DNA of 64,000 nucleotides from Parasitella parasitica NRRL 2501 (taxonomy: Eukaryota > Fungi > Mucoromycota), in NCBI GenBank assembly GCA_025201805.1, contig MU619349.1, positions 43,000-106,999 on the forward strand, given 5' to 3'. Position numbers and translations under genes: made by a program. This document shows, in pieces, positions 1-13,337 of the stretch. Position 1 is the first letter of the stretch. Each line of letters starts with the position of its first letter. Below the pieces are notes generated by a model. The model made no database searches and was not told the DNA's origin. It worked only from the letters and a program-made list of their open reading frames with translations.

Positions 1-2312
1 TGATTTAAAGATTTTGCAAGAGGTGGTTGTAAAAGGGATTGAGGAAACGGGAGCCATTGAGCCAGACCGTAGAAACAACTTTATCAACAGCGTGTTTAAC
101 AATTATCAAGAGTTACTGCAAATGAGTGAAGCCATGTTCAAAGACATGCTGGCGCGCTACCATCAATATGAGCGTGAATGTGTGCCTACTATTGGCGACA
201 TCTTGGTCCAACACATGCAATTCTTTGAGCAGGCTTATGTCAGGTATAGTCCCAATGCATTGATGGCCAAATACTTGGCAGAGGCAGAGATCAAAAAGAA
301 CACCGAGTTTGAAAAGTTTACCAAAGAGATTGCCAAACATGAACGCACCAACCGTTTGCCCATTTGGCACTATCTCCTTAGTCCAGTTACACGTATGCAA
401 CGATATCCGCTGCTGATCGAAGCACTTTTGAAAAAGACTCCTGCCGACCATCCTGATCATGTCTTCTTGACCCGCAGCCATGAAATTATTCGTTCTGTTG
501 CTGCAAAGGCTGATCTGGCCGCTACCGACGTCAAGAAACGATTGTCCATTCTGCATATCCGTGACAGCATTACCTTTAAACAAGGCGAATACCATGAACT
601 ACATCTAGGCGATCCCAATCGTCGCATGTACCACAAAGGCACGCTGAAGCGTCGTAGTGGCAATGCAGATGTGGCTGATAAGAATGATATCTACGCCTTT
701 GTTTTCGACAACCTACTGCTCATGACCAAGCTTCGAAAAACCAACATTGGCGAGGAATACCGTATCTGGAAAAAGCCCATCCCATTACAAATGTTGGTGG
801 TTCAGAACAACGCAACCAATGTAAGATATCAACTGTCTGGAACTGCGACTTCTTACACTATCCCTGGCGGCCAAGTCGTGCTGGTTTTGCAGCATTTGGG
901 CTCACATGGTGGCGTTTACACATTCTTTTGTTCATCTTTGGAGGAAAAGCAGCTGTGGACCAAGGCTATTGACGATGCCAAGGCTTCGTCAAAAAAACGT
1001 CAAGGCGATCCAGATGCGTTTGATCTACGTCCCTTAGACGATGTCAATTTTAGGAACATTGGGTCCGGTCAATCAAGCGGCACAACGACCCGGGTGAACT
1101 GCTCTGTTCCCTTTGTGTCCTTGAAACAAGAAAGAAAGATTGCCATTGGTACTGAAAACGGCGTGTTCTTCAAAACAGAAGGACAGGACAGCTCTGTGCG
1201 TCGCATCATTCAGTGCGATAGTGTCGTCCAACTGGCCATCATGGAAAAGTATCATATCTTGATTGTCTTGACTGAGAAGGCCCTACGTGCCTACCCGGTA
1301 GACGTGTTGGATTCAAAAAGCAACACCAAAGCTATTGATCGCGTCGAGGTTGAAATTGCTCGAGATGTCAACTTTTTCCAAATCGGTTTTTGTAACGGCC
1401 GTGATATGCTAGTCTATAAAAAGAAAAAGAATACCACCAGCGTATTTACTGCGCTGGAGCCCTTTTGTAATTTGCGCGATCCCAAGAATGAGGAACTGTT
1501 GACGCACAGACCGTCTATCTTTAATAATAGGCCTGCTTATTTGAGGTGGTTCAAGAAGTACAAGGTAAATTGGATGAGGAACAAGCCAAATGATGGTAGC
1601 TAACTTTTGCTGGTAGGACTTTTACATTGGTGCTGAAGCAAGTAATATTCATTTTTTGAAGACCAAATTGAATATTGTCTGTGAAAGAGGCTTTGAAATC
1701 ATCAATCCAGAGAATCTTAGTGCTAACCGTGATATTCCTGACTCTGGAGACCCTGTATTCAATTTCGTCACTCGCCATCCAGTACCACTAAAGCCTTTAG
1801 CCATGTATCGCATCAACGACAAGTTTTTGCTGTGCTACGACAAGTTTGCATTCTACGTTAACAATAGAAATGGCTCTCTAGTGCGTCGAGATGACAAGGC
1901 ATCGTAAGTGATGATTTGACATGGTATTCGTCTGAACACTCAACATTTATTCACAAAATAGGCCCCCCACTATATGTAACTGGGAAGGTACACCTTCTCA
2001 TATCGTATACGAACATCCATACATCATTGCTATTAATCCAAGCTTTATTGAAATTCGCTATGTAGACACTGTAAGTTTTATTTTTATTTTTTTCATTTTT
2101 GTGCAAACGAACGAGAAAGCTAACCGACAAACTAGGGCGCGCTCGTCCAAGTTATTCCTGGTGAAAATATTCGTTTGACATATTACAACGGTGGCGGTGA
2201 AAAACCTATCATTCATGTCTGTATGTCGCATAGTCAAAAGCCGGATACTCAAGCTTTATTCCACTTGGTTTTAAATAATCATCGTAACTCATCAGGTTAT
2301 GCTCGACGATGA
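1..2312 (+). CDS. Rho guanine-nucleotide exchange factor, DH-PH-CNH architecture (Rom2/Tus1-like), 5'-truncated by the window
   Basis: DH motif LLSPVTRMQRYPLLIEALLKKTP, then PH and CNH domains. Exons <1-1564, 1617-1903, 1962-2070 and 2136-2312 join in frame across GT-AG introns; stop TGA at 2310-2312. Confidence 0.9.
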
Positions 2313-3176
2313 ATAATGTAAACTGTATCGTTTTTCTTTTTGCAAATGCATTTCGCATTAATAAATTTTTATGTACGCATATGGCTTTTTGTCGATATGA
2401 ATAACTTTCTAGTACATGTTTTCTTAACAGCAAGCAACCAATAAAATTCACTTGTTATTCTTTGAATTACACACTATTGCTTGGATAATCTGGTTATATC
2501 CTCTACGTATAAGGTCTTACTTTCTGCTTTAACCACGCATTGGCAATTGCTTTCCATATGCTGGGAATATTACTGGGTGCGGTAACGAGAAGCATATATT
2601 GTAATTGTACTCACACTCTGAGGCATCAATGGCACCAAAAAAAATATCCCTCTTTTGTATTTTCATAAAGAATTTGGTATTTTCTCCCTCAGCATTGGTC
2701 TGATTGAGGAAGTAGATTGTTACTATTGATAGCAATCTGGTTTTTATTTTAAGCAACCATCGCTGAACTTCAAGCTTGATCACCTATCAAACTTTGAGGT
2801 AAAAACAATGTTTCGGCTTTGCTTGATAAACAGTGTCTAGACAACAGCGTCTACTATTATTAGGAAGCCTCGCCTGGTATTATATCATACTGCAACATAG
2901 GAAATAACATGTCTAGATTTTTGGAATCTGCTGTTTGAGACATAGCGGTCTGTACAAAAATGTCGATCATAATTCATTTTTAGAACAGAGGTGAACCAGG
3001 TCGAGACACACACATTTGACAAGCATTGTCAAAAAAAAAAAGGCCACCTTCTCGAAACCAAAGCAAGTGGTCTGATTTGACTGTAGCAAGGATCATCTTT
3101 ATGTGTGCAAGCAAGAATATAAATTGAGCGACCTCTTCTTTTCAAGATGAGACTATTCCAGATTGTCTAGATTCCT

Positions 3177-3228
<52 letters not shown>

Positions 3229-3596
3229 GAAATCAGCGTCGATTCGCCAAGAAACAAAACAAACGCATTGTTTAACAGTTTGTATATAATTCATATCAGT
3301 TTGGACCTTGTTTGCTTGATGGTCCAGCACTATTGATCCGTTTTTTTCATGGAAATTAAATCAAGATCTTTGCTTTTCTCTTGATTTAAGAAAGATTCTA
3401 TAATTTTCATGTCCCCAAATGGAGCGTAAGGTGTCTCAGAGAGATGCAATCAGATCCAGTCAAATTGGTATAATAGACTTCTATAAACAATTTGATTCGA
3501 CAGGTAGAGCATCGCTGTAAATTTCCTTAAAAAGAACTCTATCCGTTTGATATTTTGATTTCGATATAAAAAGGCTATCAAAAACATCTCTTCCAT

Positions 3597-3635
<39 letters not shown>

Positions 3636-3688
3636 CCAATATTCTCTTCGTCAAGTAAACTCTTAATCCATTGAAGTCTCCCACTGAA

Positions 3689-4508
3689 ATGTCATTGACT
3701 GCCCCTGCAATTGACAATCGCCGAATCAGCAGAAAATTAACTGTGAACATCAACCAACACTCCGTTAATGTCCGCCCTGTCATTAAAGGTAGTACATCTG
3801 TACGATCTAATGTTTAGAATGGCAGATCACTGATATTCTTCCTATTACTTAGGTGCATTTAAAGAAGCCGCCAACACATTAACTGAAGCTTATTTGACAG
3901 ATGCAATCATGGGATGGTGCATCCGCGGTTTAGAACAAAAGAAACACGAGGAATTTCTATACACACTCTTTAGAAACATGATAAACGCCTCGTCTCTTCA
4001 GAGCCGTGATTTCGCTCTTCAGGTGGAAGGCTGCAAGGGTGTTTTGACCTGGACAAATAATCCAAATGGCTCCGCATGGCCTCGGGTTCTGAGCACTGCC
4101 AAGCTTGCACGATTGATCGGATGGACGTCTGCTCTACGTGCAATCACAAAGGTCGGCCCTTCTTGCGACAAGATGAGACGAAAAATTATGATTGATCATC
4201 CACAGTTTATCATTATCGGTTATGTCGGGGTATTGCCACACGAGCAGCACAAAGGCTATGGCTCTGCGCTTGTCAATCATGTGCTTAACAAGGCTGACGA
4301 TGCTAAACACCCTGTTTATGTAGAAGCTGCTGATTCATTTAGCGTCAAGTTTTTCGAACAGTTTGGATTCAGGGTACAAGCTACAGTCTTTATCGCCAAC
4401 CATCATGAACTTCCTGTTGCACTGATGGTTCGTTTGCCTACCGTGGCTGGCTCTCCCGAACGTCTTCGTATTAGACCTGGAAGACGCGATTCTGACAACT
4501 CTCTTTGA
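3689..4508 (+). CDS. GNAT-family N-acetyltransferase
   Basis: Exons 3689-3788 and 3853-4508. Acetyl-CoA motif A (VGVLPHEQHKGYGSALV) and motif B (VYVEA...VKFFEQFGF). Confidence 0.85.
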
Positions 4509-4924
4509 NNNNNNNNNNAAAAAAAAAAGTCATTCTACATCTATTATCCCCTTGTATATCATTTCTCTCATTGTACATATCTGCACCTCTTTCTCTTTTG
4601 TATAGCTGATTCCTGACCTAGAAAATAAAGCCCTGTCTAAACCGATAACATTTCAATGGATTGCCATCAAAGATACTGCAGTTTTAGATAAATCGTTGAG
4701 CTTGGCTACCGATCAAAAGAGAAATTACTCCTATTGTGCAATACATGGCTCCTCAAGGAATAAACATGAAATCATTTGGATCAAGTTGATTCCAGAGACT
4801 TTACACCCATGTTGGTGTGTGCGTAATAGTTTATGCATTCTCAAACGAGCGTGGTATAAAGATGTCAGTGCCTGCAGATTGAAACTTTTATTGTTATATC
4901 TAGTGCATTAAACAGCCATGATCA

Positions 4925-5464
4925 TCACCAGTCTAGTTTCTTGCTTTCTTTGGAATTTGCACATTTCTCGGCAACCTCAACAGGGCAAGCGTTTATAGAT
5001 GTGAATCCGCTTCCGCCTCTACCTCCTTTCTCCAAAGCAAACTCCCAATAGTGAATGGGACACATCAGCACAGGGCCGATTTCAGGAGGATAGTCATCTT
5101 CTGCCACTTTACCGTGATAAGAAAGATCAGCTCCTGCATGTGGGCAATACCTATCTGCTGAAAATTGTTTGCCTGTAGAAAGAGTGATAATGATCCTTTC
5201 CTTGTCCTTTGGATCAACTCTGATATTAGCGTCTTCCCCGCTCTCCTCTTCAAAGGAAAACGAGTACGGCTCTGTCGTAGTAGCAGGCTTTGTGTCTGGT
5301 TGACTATCAGATTTGCCTGTGGCTATTTCTTTCACACTGGTATCGACATCTTTGGTTTTATCATCGGCTGTGGCTGGCTCGTTCACTGGCAATTGGTCCG
5401 AGATCTTTGTAAAATCCTTCGATGGGTCGTTGACTCTTTTATATTTGATAGTTGGCTCAAACAT
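4925..5464 (-). CDS. Small Rieske [2Fe-2S] domain protein
   Basis: Intronless 179-aa ORF with CPHAGADL and CPIHYWEF Rieske ligand motifs after an acidic low-complexity N-terminus. Confidence 0.85.
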   Translation of the reverse strand: MFEPTIKYKRVNDPSKDFTKISDQLPVNEPATADDKTKDVDTSVKEIATGKSDSQPDTKPATTTEPYSFSFEEESGEDANIRVDPKDKERIIITLSTGKQFSADRYCPHAGADLSYHGKVAEDDYPPEIGPVLMCPIHYWEFALEKGGRGGSGFTSINACPVEVAEKCANSKESKKLDW

Positions 5465-6399
5465 GAATGTTGATACAAGGTGAAAGAGACAACAGATATT
5501 TATAACACAAAACCAGTAATGAATTCGGAGATGGGGGGGAGAAATCTTTATTTTTTTTTTCTGCTGCTAGGTAAGATGAAAAACATTTATTTGGCACATA
5601 TTAATAGAGAATCATAATCATACGAATTTTATTGCATTCAAAAGGTCAATTGACACATATATATAGTTGTTTTTGGAAAAAAAAAATCTGGCCGGGAAAC
5701 ACCATGAAAAGACAGTAAACGATGTGTAAAATGTTGAAATGTTGAAATGATGGGACATGAATACATATTTTGCAATTGTTTAGGACGTACAAAGACACGT
5801 TATATTGGACTTGCTGAATGAATGAATGAATGCTGCTGCTAATGAATGCTTGAGTACATGTTCAAGTGGAATGGGAAACTTGGGAAGCAGTATCTGGTTT
5901 TTTTTTTGTTGAACTATGAAAATGAACCCTTTTTATATGTGTGCCTGAATTCCCGGCCCAAAAAACAAAGATTAAACTCCCTGACACATGCTGCTGATAG
6001 GAACAGGACATACATTCTTCTTGGTTCTATTGACATGATAGAGGGGCCCAAGACAAATTATCATGGTATAGACCTCCTGCATTTCTCAACTCTCTCGTGT
6101 CTTGAGTCGATTAAATGCCATTTCAGCCCATTATTGCGCAACCGCAATGGCTCTATCTGTGCACTAATTACGCTCATGTTCATTGCAGGTCCTTTTTCGT
6201 ACGTAGATAGATCAGACTTGTACATTTTCAGTCATATTGAAAACATTTTGAATGATTGAAAGCAGCGAACTGTTAGATTTAAAACGACTTGCTGCTATGA
6301 TACACAGCCAGCTTCCTCCCCCTTAAAAAAAAAGCCAACTTTTTTTTCTTAAATATCTATCTCATTGATTTATTATGTACATTTAGTTGATTCGAAAAT

Positions 6400-7393
<994 letters not shown>

Positions 7394-7975
7394 TGAGTGT
7401 AGGTGGTATTTGGGGGTAATAAAAGCCTTTTTTTTTTTTTTTGCCATCTTCTTGGTGTGAATGGCCAGAAAGTGAAGCGATCAAGTGGCTTAAGATGATG
7501 GTGACTCGTATAGAACAAGGTTGTTGCACACATCTGCACTGGGCAAGACTTCAAGAGATATTCTACAACACCGTATCACCCCTTCTTGACGATTTTCTAT
7601 GACCCATACACGTACTTGACCTCGAATATCTATAATATTAATGGCATTTGCTTGGATATCTTTAAGCTTTTGCATGTCAATCAATAAGAATTATAACAAC
7701 ATTTGAGACACTACACTACAAACATAGCAGTTATTACACAAGCACAAGCACAAACATTTACTGAATACTTAATATGGAATTCAATTGTCTGCACCAATCT
7801 TAAGGGTGCAGTACAACAGCTGATTACCAAAGCTATTCAAGATTTATGGCCTAAATGCATAGCTGAGATGTTGAGGCAGTTTTCATGTGATACTTGTTTT
7901 GAGCCATATGTAGCGCTCACTTTCATCTATCTTTCTCTTCTTTTCCTCCTGCAATACAAACCGTACTTCTTGCTC

Positions 7976-8344
7976 ATGACTACTACTACTACTGTAAATG
8001 CTACTTCTATTGGTGCTGCTGCAAACGACACAGACAACAATCCCTTTGTAAATATACCCGCTCAAGGTAACATCAACAGCACATAAAAGGATGCTGCAGT
8101 TCCTCAACATGCAAATAATCTTATAGGAGACGATACCACTATCAGTGCTGAAGATATATTAAAATTACTAGAGTCTTTAAAGGTAGACAGTGCCTCTGAA
8201 CCTCAGCTTCAAGCTATTTTGGAGCGTGCAAAGAGCGGCGAATGTATGGAGCGTGATCTTGTAATGAATGCTGTGGCCTCATTGCTGCCCGCTGATAGCG
8301 ACGATTTAAATGAATTTAGCAACTTTGACATCCAACTTCAATAA
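7976..8344 (+). CDS. Hypothetical 102-aa acidic protein (two exons)
   Basis: Exons 7976-8066 and 8127-8344 with a 60-nt GT-AG intron give an open frame MTTTTTVNA...QAILERAKSGECMERDLVMNAVASLLP...IQLQ*. Confidence 0.65.
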
Positions 8345-9020
8345 AGAAACAAGGAAAAGCGTGTACAGGTGCTTCCGTTGTTTGATACCTGCTAGTTTTT
8401 CAAACTTTTGTCACGCATAGCTAGCTAAACATATACATATTCATCAAACTAAAAACCTCACGTATACTGAATAGTGAACAACGGAAAGACTGCAGCGCCT
8501 TGCAAAGCATTTGGTTCTAGCTGTTTTACTTGCAAAAAGTTGTGCAAAACAGATCTAGTCATTTAAATTCCCTTCATCGCATGTTTTGAAATGTTGACTG
8601 AAACTTTATTTGATAGACATGAGGCTCTCATCTTGTTGCTCATATAGACGCTGCAGCAATGATAAAAATCACGTTTGAGGCCATCGGGTTAAATGCGTCC
8701 TTAATGTTGAAATTTTATCCCGTTTTAGAGCGGGAATCATTTTGTCTGCAAAACATGCAGAAATACTTTGAAAAGAGAGAAGCTCAAAATATCCTTGGTA
8801 TATACGAGTATATCTAATGTGGGGGGGGGGGTTTCCTGGTAAATTACTAGTGGCAGGTAGCAAGCGATCTCTTCACCAGCGATCCTTTTGCACAACAAGC
8901 CTCATTTGGAGCCAATCAAGGAGTCTTACGATAAGAGGCAAACAAAAGCCCCAATCGTGCTTGAAGTCGTGTTTTCCACCCTTCTTTCCTGTTATTTCCT
9001 CTCTTACTTGCCAGGGAAAT

Positions 9021-10176
9021 ATGTCACAAGCAGTGTCTGCATTTGCTTTCCTGTTTCCAGGGAACGCAATGGTCAACTCGTTATTGGCAACTTCCTACAT
9101 CTCTATTATTCCCAATCTACTCCTTTATTTCGTCCCTCCCGATATTAAGCCGACAACACTAAGCACTCTGGTGAACTTTGCAGTTGGTAAGCAAGCGGAA
9201 AGATGCCATATTATCATAACAGCTAAACTGTATTGTTTGTCACGTAGGAAGCCTATTGGGCGACGTATTTTTGCACTTGCTGCCACACGCATTTAGTAAC
9301 CATGCGCATCATACGGACAGCGGCGACGATCACCATAATGAAAAGCCAATTAGTCATGACAACGACGAACACCGAAACGTACTGATCGGAAGTGGTATAT
9401 TTGCTGGATTGTTCTTGTTTTATGTAGTAGATAAGATTATGAGAGCATATTTTGGCAAGACAGGGCACGATCATGCGCACCATCATGACAGTAAGCACGA
9501 CGAACATGTTGTAGATCAAGTTGCCATAAGAGAAGGGATCCGCCAACGCAAAGCTAGCAACAAGAAAAAGGACGGGGAGGGTGAAAAAGAAACAAACCAG
9601 CAGCAGCAGCAGCATCATCATCATCATCAAGGCCCTTCAGAAGATGTGCGTGCCAGTACTTACCTTAATCTGTTGGCTGACTTCACACACAATCTAACTG
9701 ATGGTATCGCAATGTCTGCCTCGTTTTATGCTTCACCTGCCATCGGTGCCACCACCGCTGTAGCAGTGTTCTTTCATGAAATCCCCCATGAAGTGAGTGA
9801 TTACGCAATTCTATTGCAATCTGGCTTTAGTAAGAAGCGTGCCATGATGGCTCAGTTCACAACTGCCATTGGAGCATACATTGGTACATTTATCGGAATT
9901 TTCATTGAAGAAATGGCTACTCACCACGGTCATCATGACCACCATGATCATCATCATCATGCCCATGGATTGCTGGGGACAAGTATGACTTGGGGTGATC
10001 TCATCATCCCTGCTACAGCTGGTGGGTTCTTATATATCGCCACTGTTGGAGTTATTCCTGAATTACTCGAGAGCAAAACACATAGCAAAATACAACCATT
10101 AAAGGAGCTGGCAGCTATGGTCTTTGGCATGGCATTGATGGCCGCTATAGCATGGAATGAAACCCATCACCATTAA
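9021..10176 (+). CDS. ZIP-family zinc transporter, LIV-1/ZIP7/Yke4-like
   Basis: Intron 9187-9247. Motifs LLGDVFLHLLPHAF, ADFTHNLTDG and HEIPHE; His-rich loops. Confidence 0.92.
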
Positions 10177-10423
10177 ACATTAAATACCCTACTCATCAGT
10201 TATCCGTTTTTCTTGAATTACTAGCTTACATTTACTCTGTTTTTTGCATGCATCCTTTTGAAATTTGAATACATTTATTCATAAATAAACGTTGATGATT
10301 CAACCAATCAAATTGTATGTCTGAAGCTAAAATGTATCCGGCAGAACAAAGGAAGGGCCGCTCGGTATATGGCGGTCGCAATACCACGCAGAGTATTGAT
10401 CCTTCTTTTAACTATTAAATACA

Positions 10424-11241
10424 ATGGTGCGTATATATACGGATGCTAGTAAAAGATCGAAGGGGAAGGGCAGATGAATGAGGCAGTGAGAGAGTAGATT
10501 GTGTCTGCATGAGAGTATTGGATGGATAGATGTCATATTTGGACAAGCATTGTCTGCGTTCTGACTGCAATGAATGGATGGGATACGCAAATGGATATAT
10601 GGGATGGATGCATGGATGGATGACGACCAATTGTTACCGTTGTCATTGTGGAATTACTCGGCTTGCACTGATGGATGGATGATTTGCAAGGATGCATATC
10701 CTGGTTCAACTTGATTTATGGATGCGCATCAGCTCATGCGGAAACCTCTCATTACCCTTCGTTCTTTTTTTTTTTTTTTTTTTTTTTACTATGCTAATGC
10801 TAAATGAGGCTTCTAAAAGCTAACATTCACGTTTCACCTGTTATATAGGCCGACGCTTCTACTGTCACCATTCGCACTCGTAAGTTCCTTACCAACCGTT
10901 TGCTCCAACGTAAGCAAATGGTCGTCGATGTCATTCACCCCGGACTCGCCAACGTCTCCAAGGATGAGCTCCGTACCAAGATCGGTAAGATGTACAAGTC
11001 TGACAAGGAAGTTGTCTCTGTCTTTGGTTTCAAGACCCACTTTGGTGGTGGAAAGACCACTGGTTTCGCTTTGATCTATGACAATGTCGAGGCTTTGAAG
11101 AAGTTCGAGCCCAAGCATCGTCTTGTTCGTATTGGTCTTGCTGAAGCACCCAAGGGTGGTCGCAAGCAACGCAAGGAAAAGAAGAACCGCGAGAAGAAGT
11201 TCCGTGGTGTCAGAAAGTCCAAGAAGCCCAGAAAGGAGTAA
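10424..11241 (+). CDS. RPS24: 40S ribosomal protein eS24
   Basis: ATG-only exon (10424-10426), 422-nt intron, then exon 10849-11241 encoding [32 protein letters not shown]...[20 protein letters not shown]. Confidence 0.95.
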
Positions 11242-11739
11242 ATATAACGCTGTGCTTGACACTTGCAATAAATACTACACCATCTATTGTAATCAATCAT
11301 TGCTTTTTTATTTTGCTTGAAATTCAATCATTATTAAAAACAAATTATACAATTATCATCACTGCAACAAATCCAAAGAAAAAATAAGGGGGGGGGAGAG
11401 GAAGAGGGGGTTATTATATTCAATATAAATGCTAAATTTACATAACTGGAATTTGAATCTTGCATCATGTACTTGTTGCTGTAGACGTTGTAATATTGAT
11501 TCAAATAATTTACAAGAGCTGAATTGACAATTTGCATTGTTTGTAATCAAAGAATTCTTATACAACCATCAAAATTGAGATGTACATTCTCTAAGGCTTG
11601 ACATCAATGAATGGCGTTTTATTAGAAACAGGGATTTTCAATTCAACATTTTACAGCCAGCAAAAAGTAGTATGTAGATTGTACTCTGTTTTCCTTTTTG
11701 CGTTCTTCTCCTTTTCCCTATTCATAAATACCTTACGAA

Positions 11740-12636
11740 ATGGGTATTTTATTCAGTAATTTATGGAATAAATTGTTCTCAAAGACTCAAGTTAAGCTCA
11801 TTATTGTGGGGCTAGATAACGCAGGCAAAACCACCATTCTATATAAACTGTAAGTGCGTTATTCGAATACGTCGCTTGTAACTCACAAAGATAAACAGGC
11901 TTATGAACCAGATAGTTACAACCACACCTACTATTGGAAGTAATGTAGAGGAAGTAGAATATAAAAACCTTAAATTTGTGATGTGGGTAAAGCATCTGGG
12001 AGCATAAAGGAGGATATGTTTAATATAAAAAGAATCTAAAGTTAGAAATTAAAATAGGATATTGGTGGTCAAGAATCACTTCGAAGCACATGGAAGACGT
12101 ACTATATAGATACAAAGGTAATTTGAAGAAATCCTTTGTTAAAGCAATCAAGATAACCAAGTAATAAACTGAAAATCTAACAGGCTGTTATCATGGTCAT
12201 TGATAGTACAGATGTGAATCGACTTTATTTAGCAGAGCAAGAATTACATCAAATGATGGAGAGTGATGTAAGATTTTCAATGTACAGTTAGATCCTTGTA
12301 GCTTAGATGGTATATAGCAATTGCAAAACGCTAGCTTGCTTGTGTTTGCAAACAAACAGGATGTTAAAGGATCTCTTGGAGCAGCCAAAATTTCAGAGGC
12401 TTTAGGTCTTAGTAAATTAAAGGATAGACAATGGCATATTCAGGTAAGATAAGATATTTAACAATGACATAACAATAACTTGACTTGAAACTTTGTTTAG
12501 GCTTGCTCTGCGTTGACAGGAGAGGGGTAAATTTGATAGGATAGTGGTTATACCAAGCGATTTAATTTTTTTTTTTTTTTTTTTTTTTTTATATGAAGGA
12601 TTGGATTGGGTTGTATTACAGATTGCAGGATCATAA
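11740..12636 (+). CDS. ARL5: ARF-like small GTPase, ARL5 subfamily (multi-exon, absent from the ORF track)
   Basis: Spliced MGILFS...[56 protein letters not shown]. The last acceptor falls in a poly-T run with no visible AG. Confidence 0.85.
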
Positions 12637-13337
12637 ATTTGTATACAATTCCACTTTGAAAAAATAAACACCTTGTGCGGATTTTTCGAAAACAAATGAT
12701 AAAAGAGTCTCGCTTGATGGTTCTGCCGGATTCGAATAGTCATCGACGCATCCGGTAGAACGCAGTGTTTTCATTACAGAATTGCAGTTATTGAGCAATT
12801 AGAAGAAAATAATCAAGTTTAGAAAGTCGTCAAGTTCAGAGGATTAAGCAGACGCAGAAGTTTCTATCTTCCAAAGTTCCTCGATAGGCTTGCCGGGTTC
12901 TTCAGGGAGCAACGCATGCTTCCTCAAGTCATTGGCCATTGCAGGCTAAGAAAGATATAAAATAATCATTTACTAATCATCTTTAAAATGGATGGATTTA
13001 CCAGCCAACTGTACATATGAAAAATAAGAATAGAAAGGAGGAGTGGCTAATTGGAAGAGAGGAGAGTATTTGATCTGCAACAAATGTAAAACTCGTGCAA
13101 TCATGCGGTTGGTACATTATGTATTAGTTGGAAAGGTATAACTTTCTAAAATTGGTTTGGTGTTAATTTTTATCGTTTGTATATTACAATGTATTCCCTG
13201 CGAAGCACCTACATAATCTTCCTTTGATTTTCTATTTAAAAAGACATTTCCTCAATCTTGTTCGCCATCTTCTTTACTCCTGTATCTCTTTTTTTTTTCT
13301 ATTTTACTTGCACCATTAAAAAAAAAAGAGCAGTGAA

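Noticed and set aside
3181-3223. Long poly-T/poly-A runs here and at ~3601, 15484, 21773, 28386 and 40139, producing poly-Lys/poly-Phe ORFs
   Set aside because: Several abut N gaps and all are intergenic or intronic; probably homopolymers inflated by sequencing or assembly, not coding.
12721-12760. Hairpin TTCTGCCGGAT...ATCCGGTAGAA downstream of ARL5
   Set aside because: A single short stem with no convincing snoRNA, tRNA or SECIS boxes.
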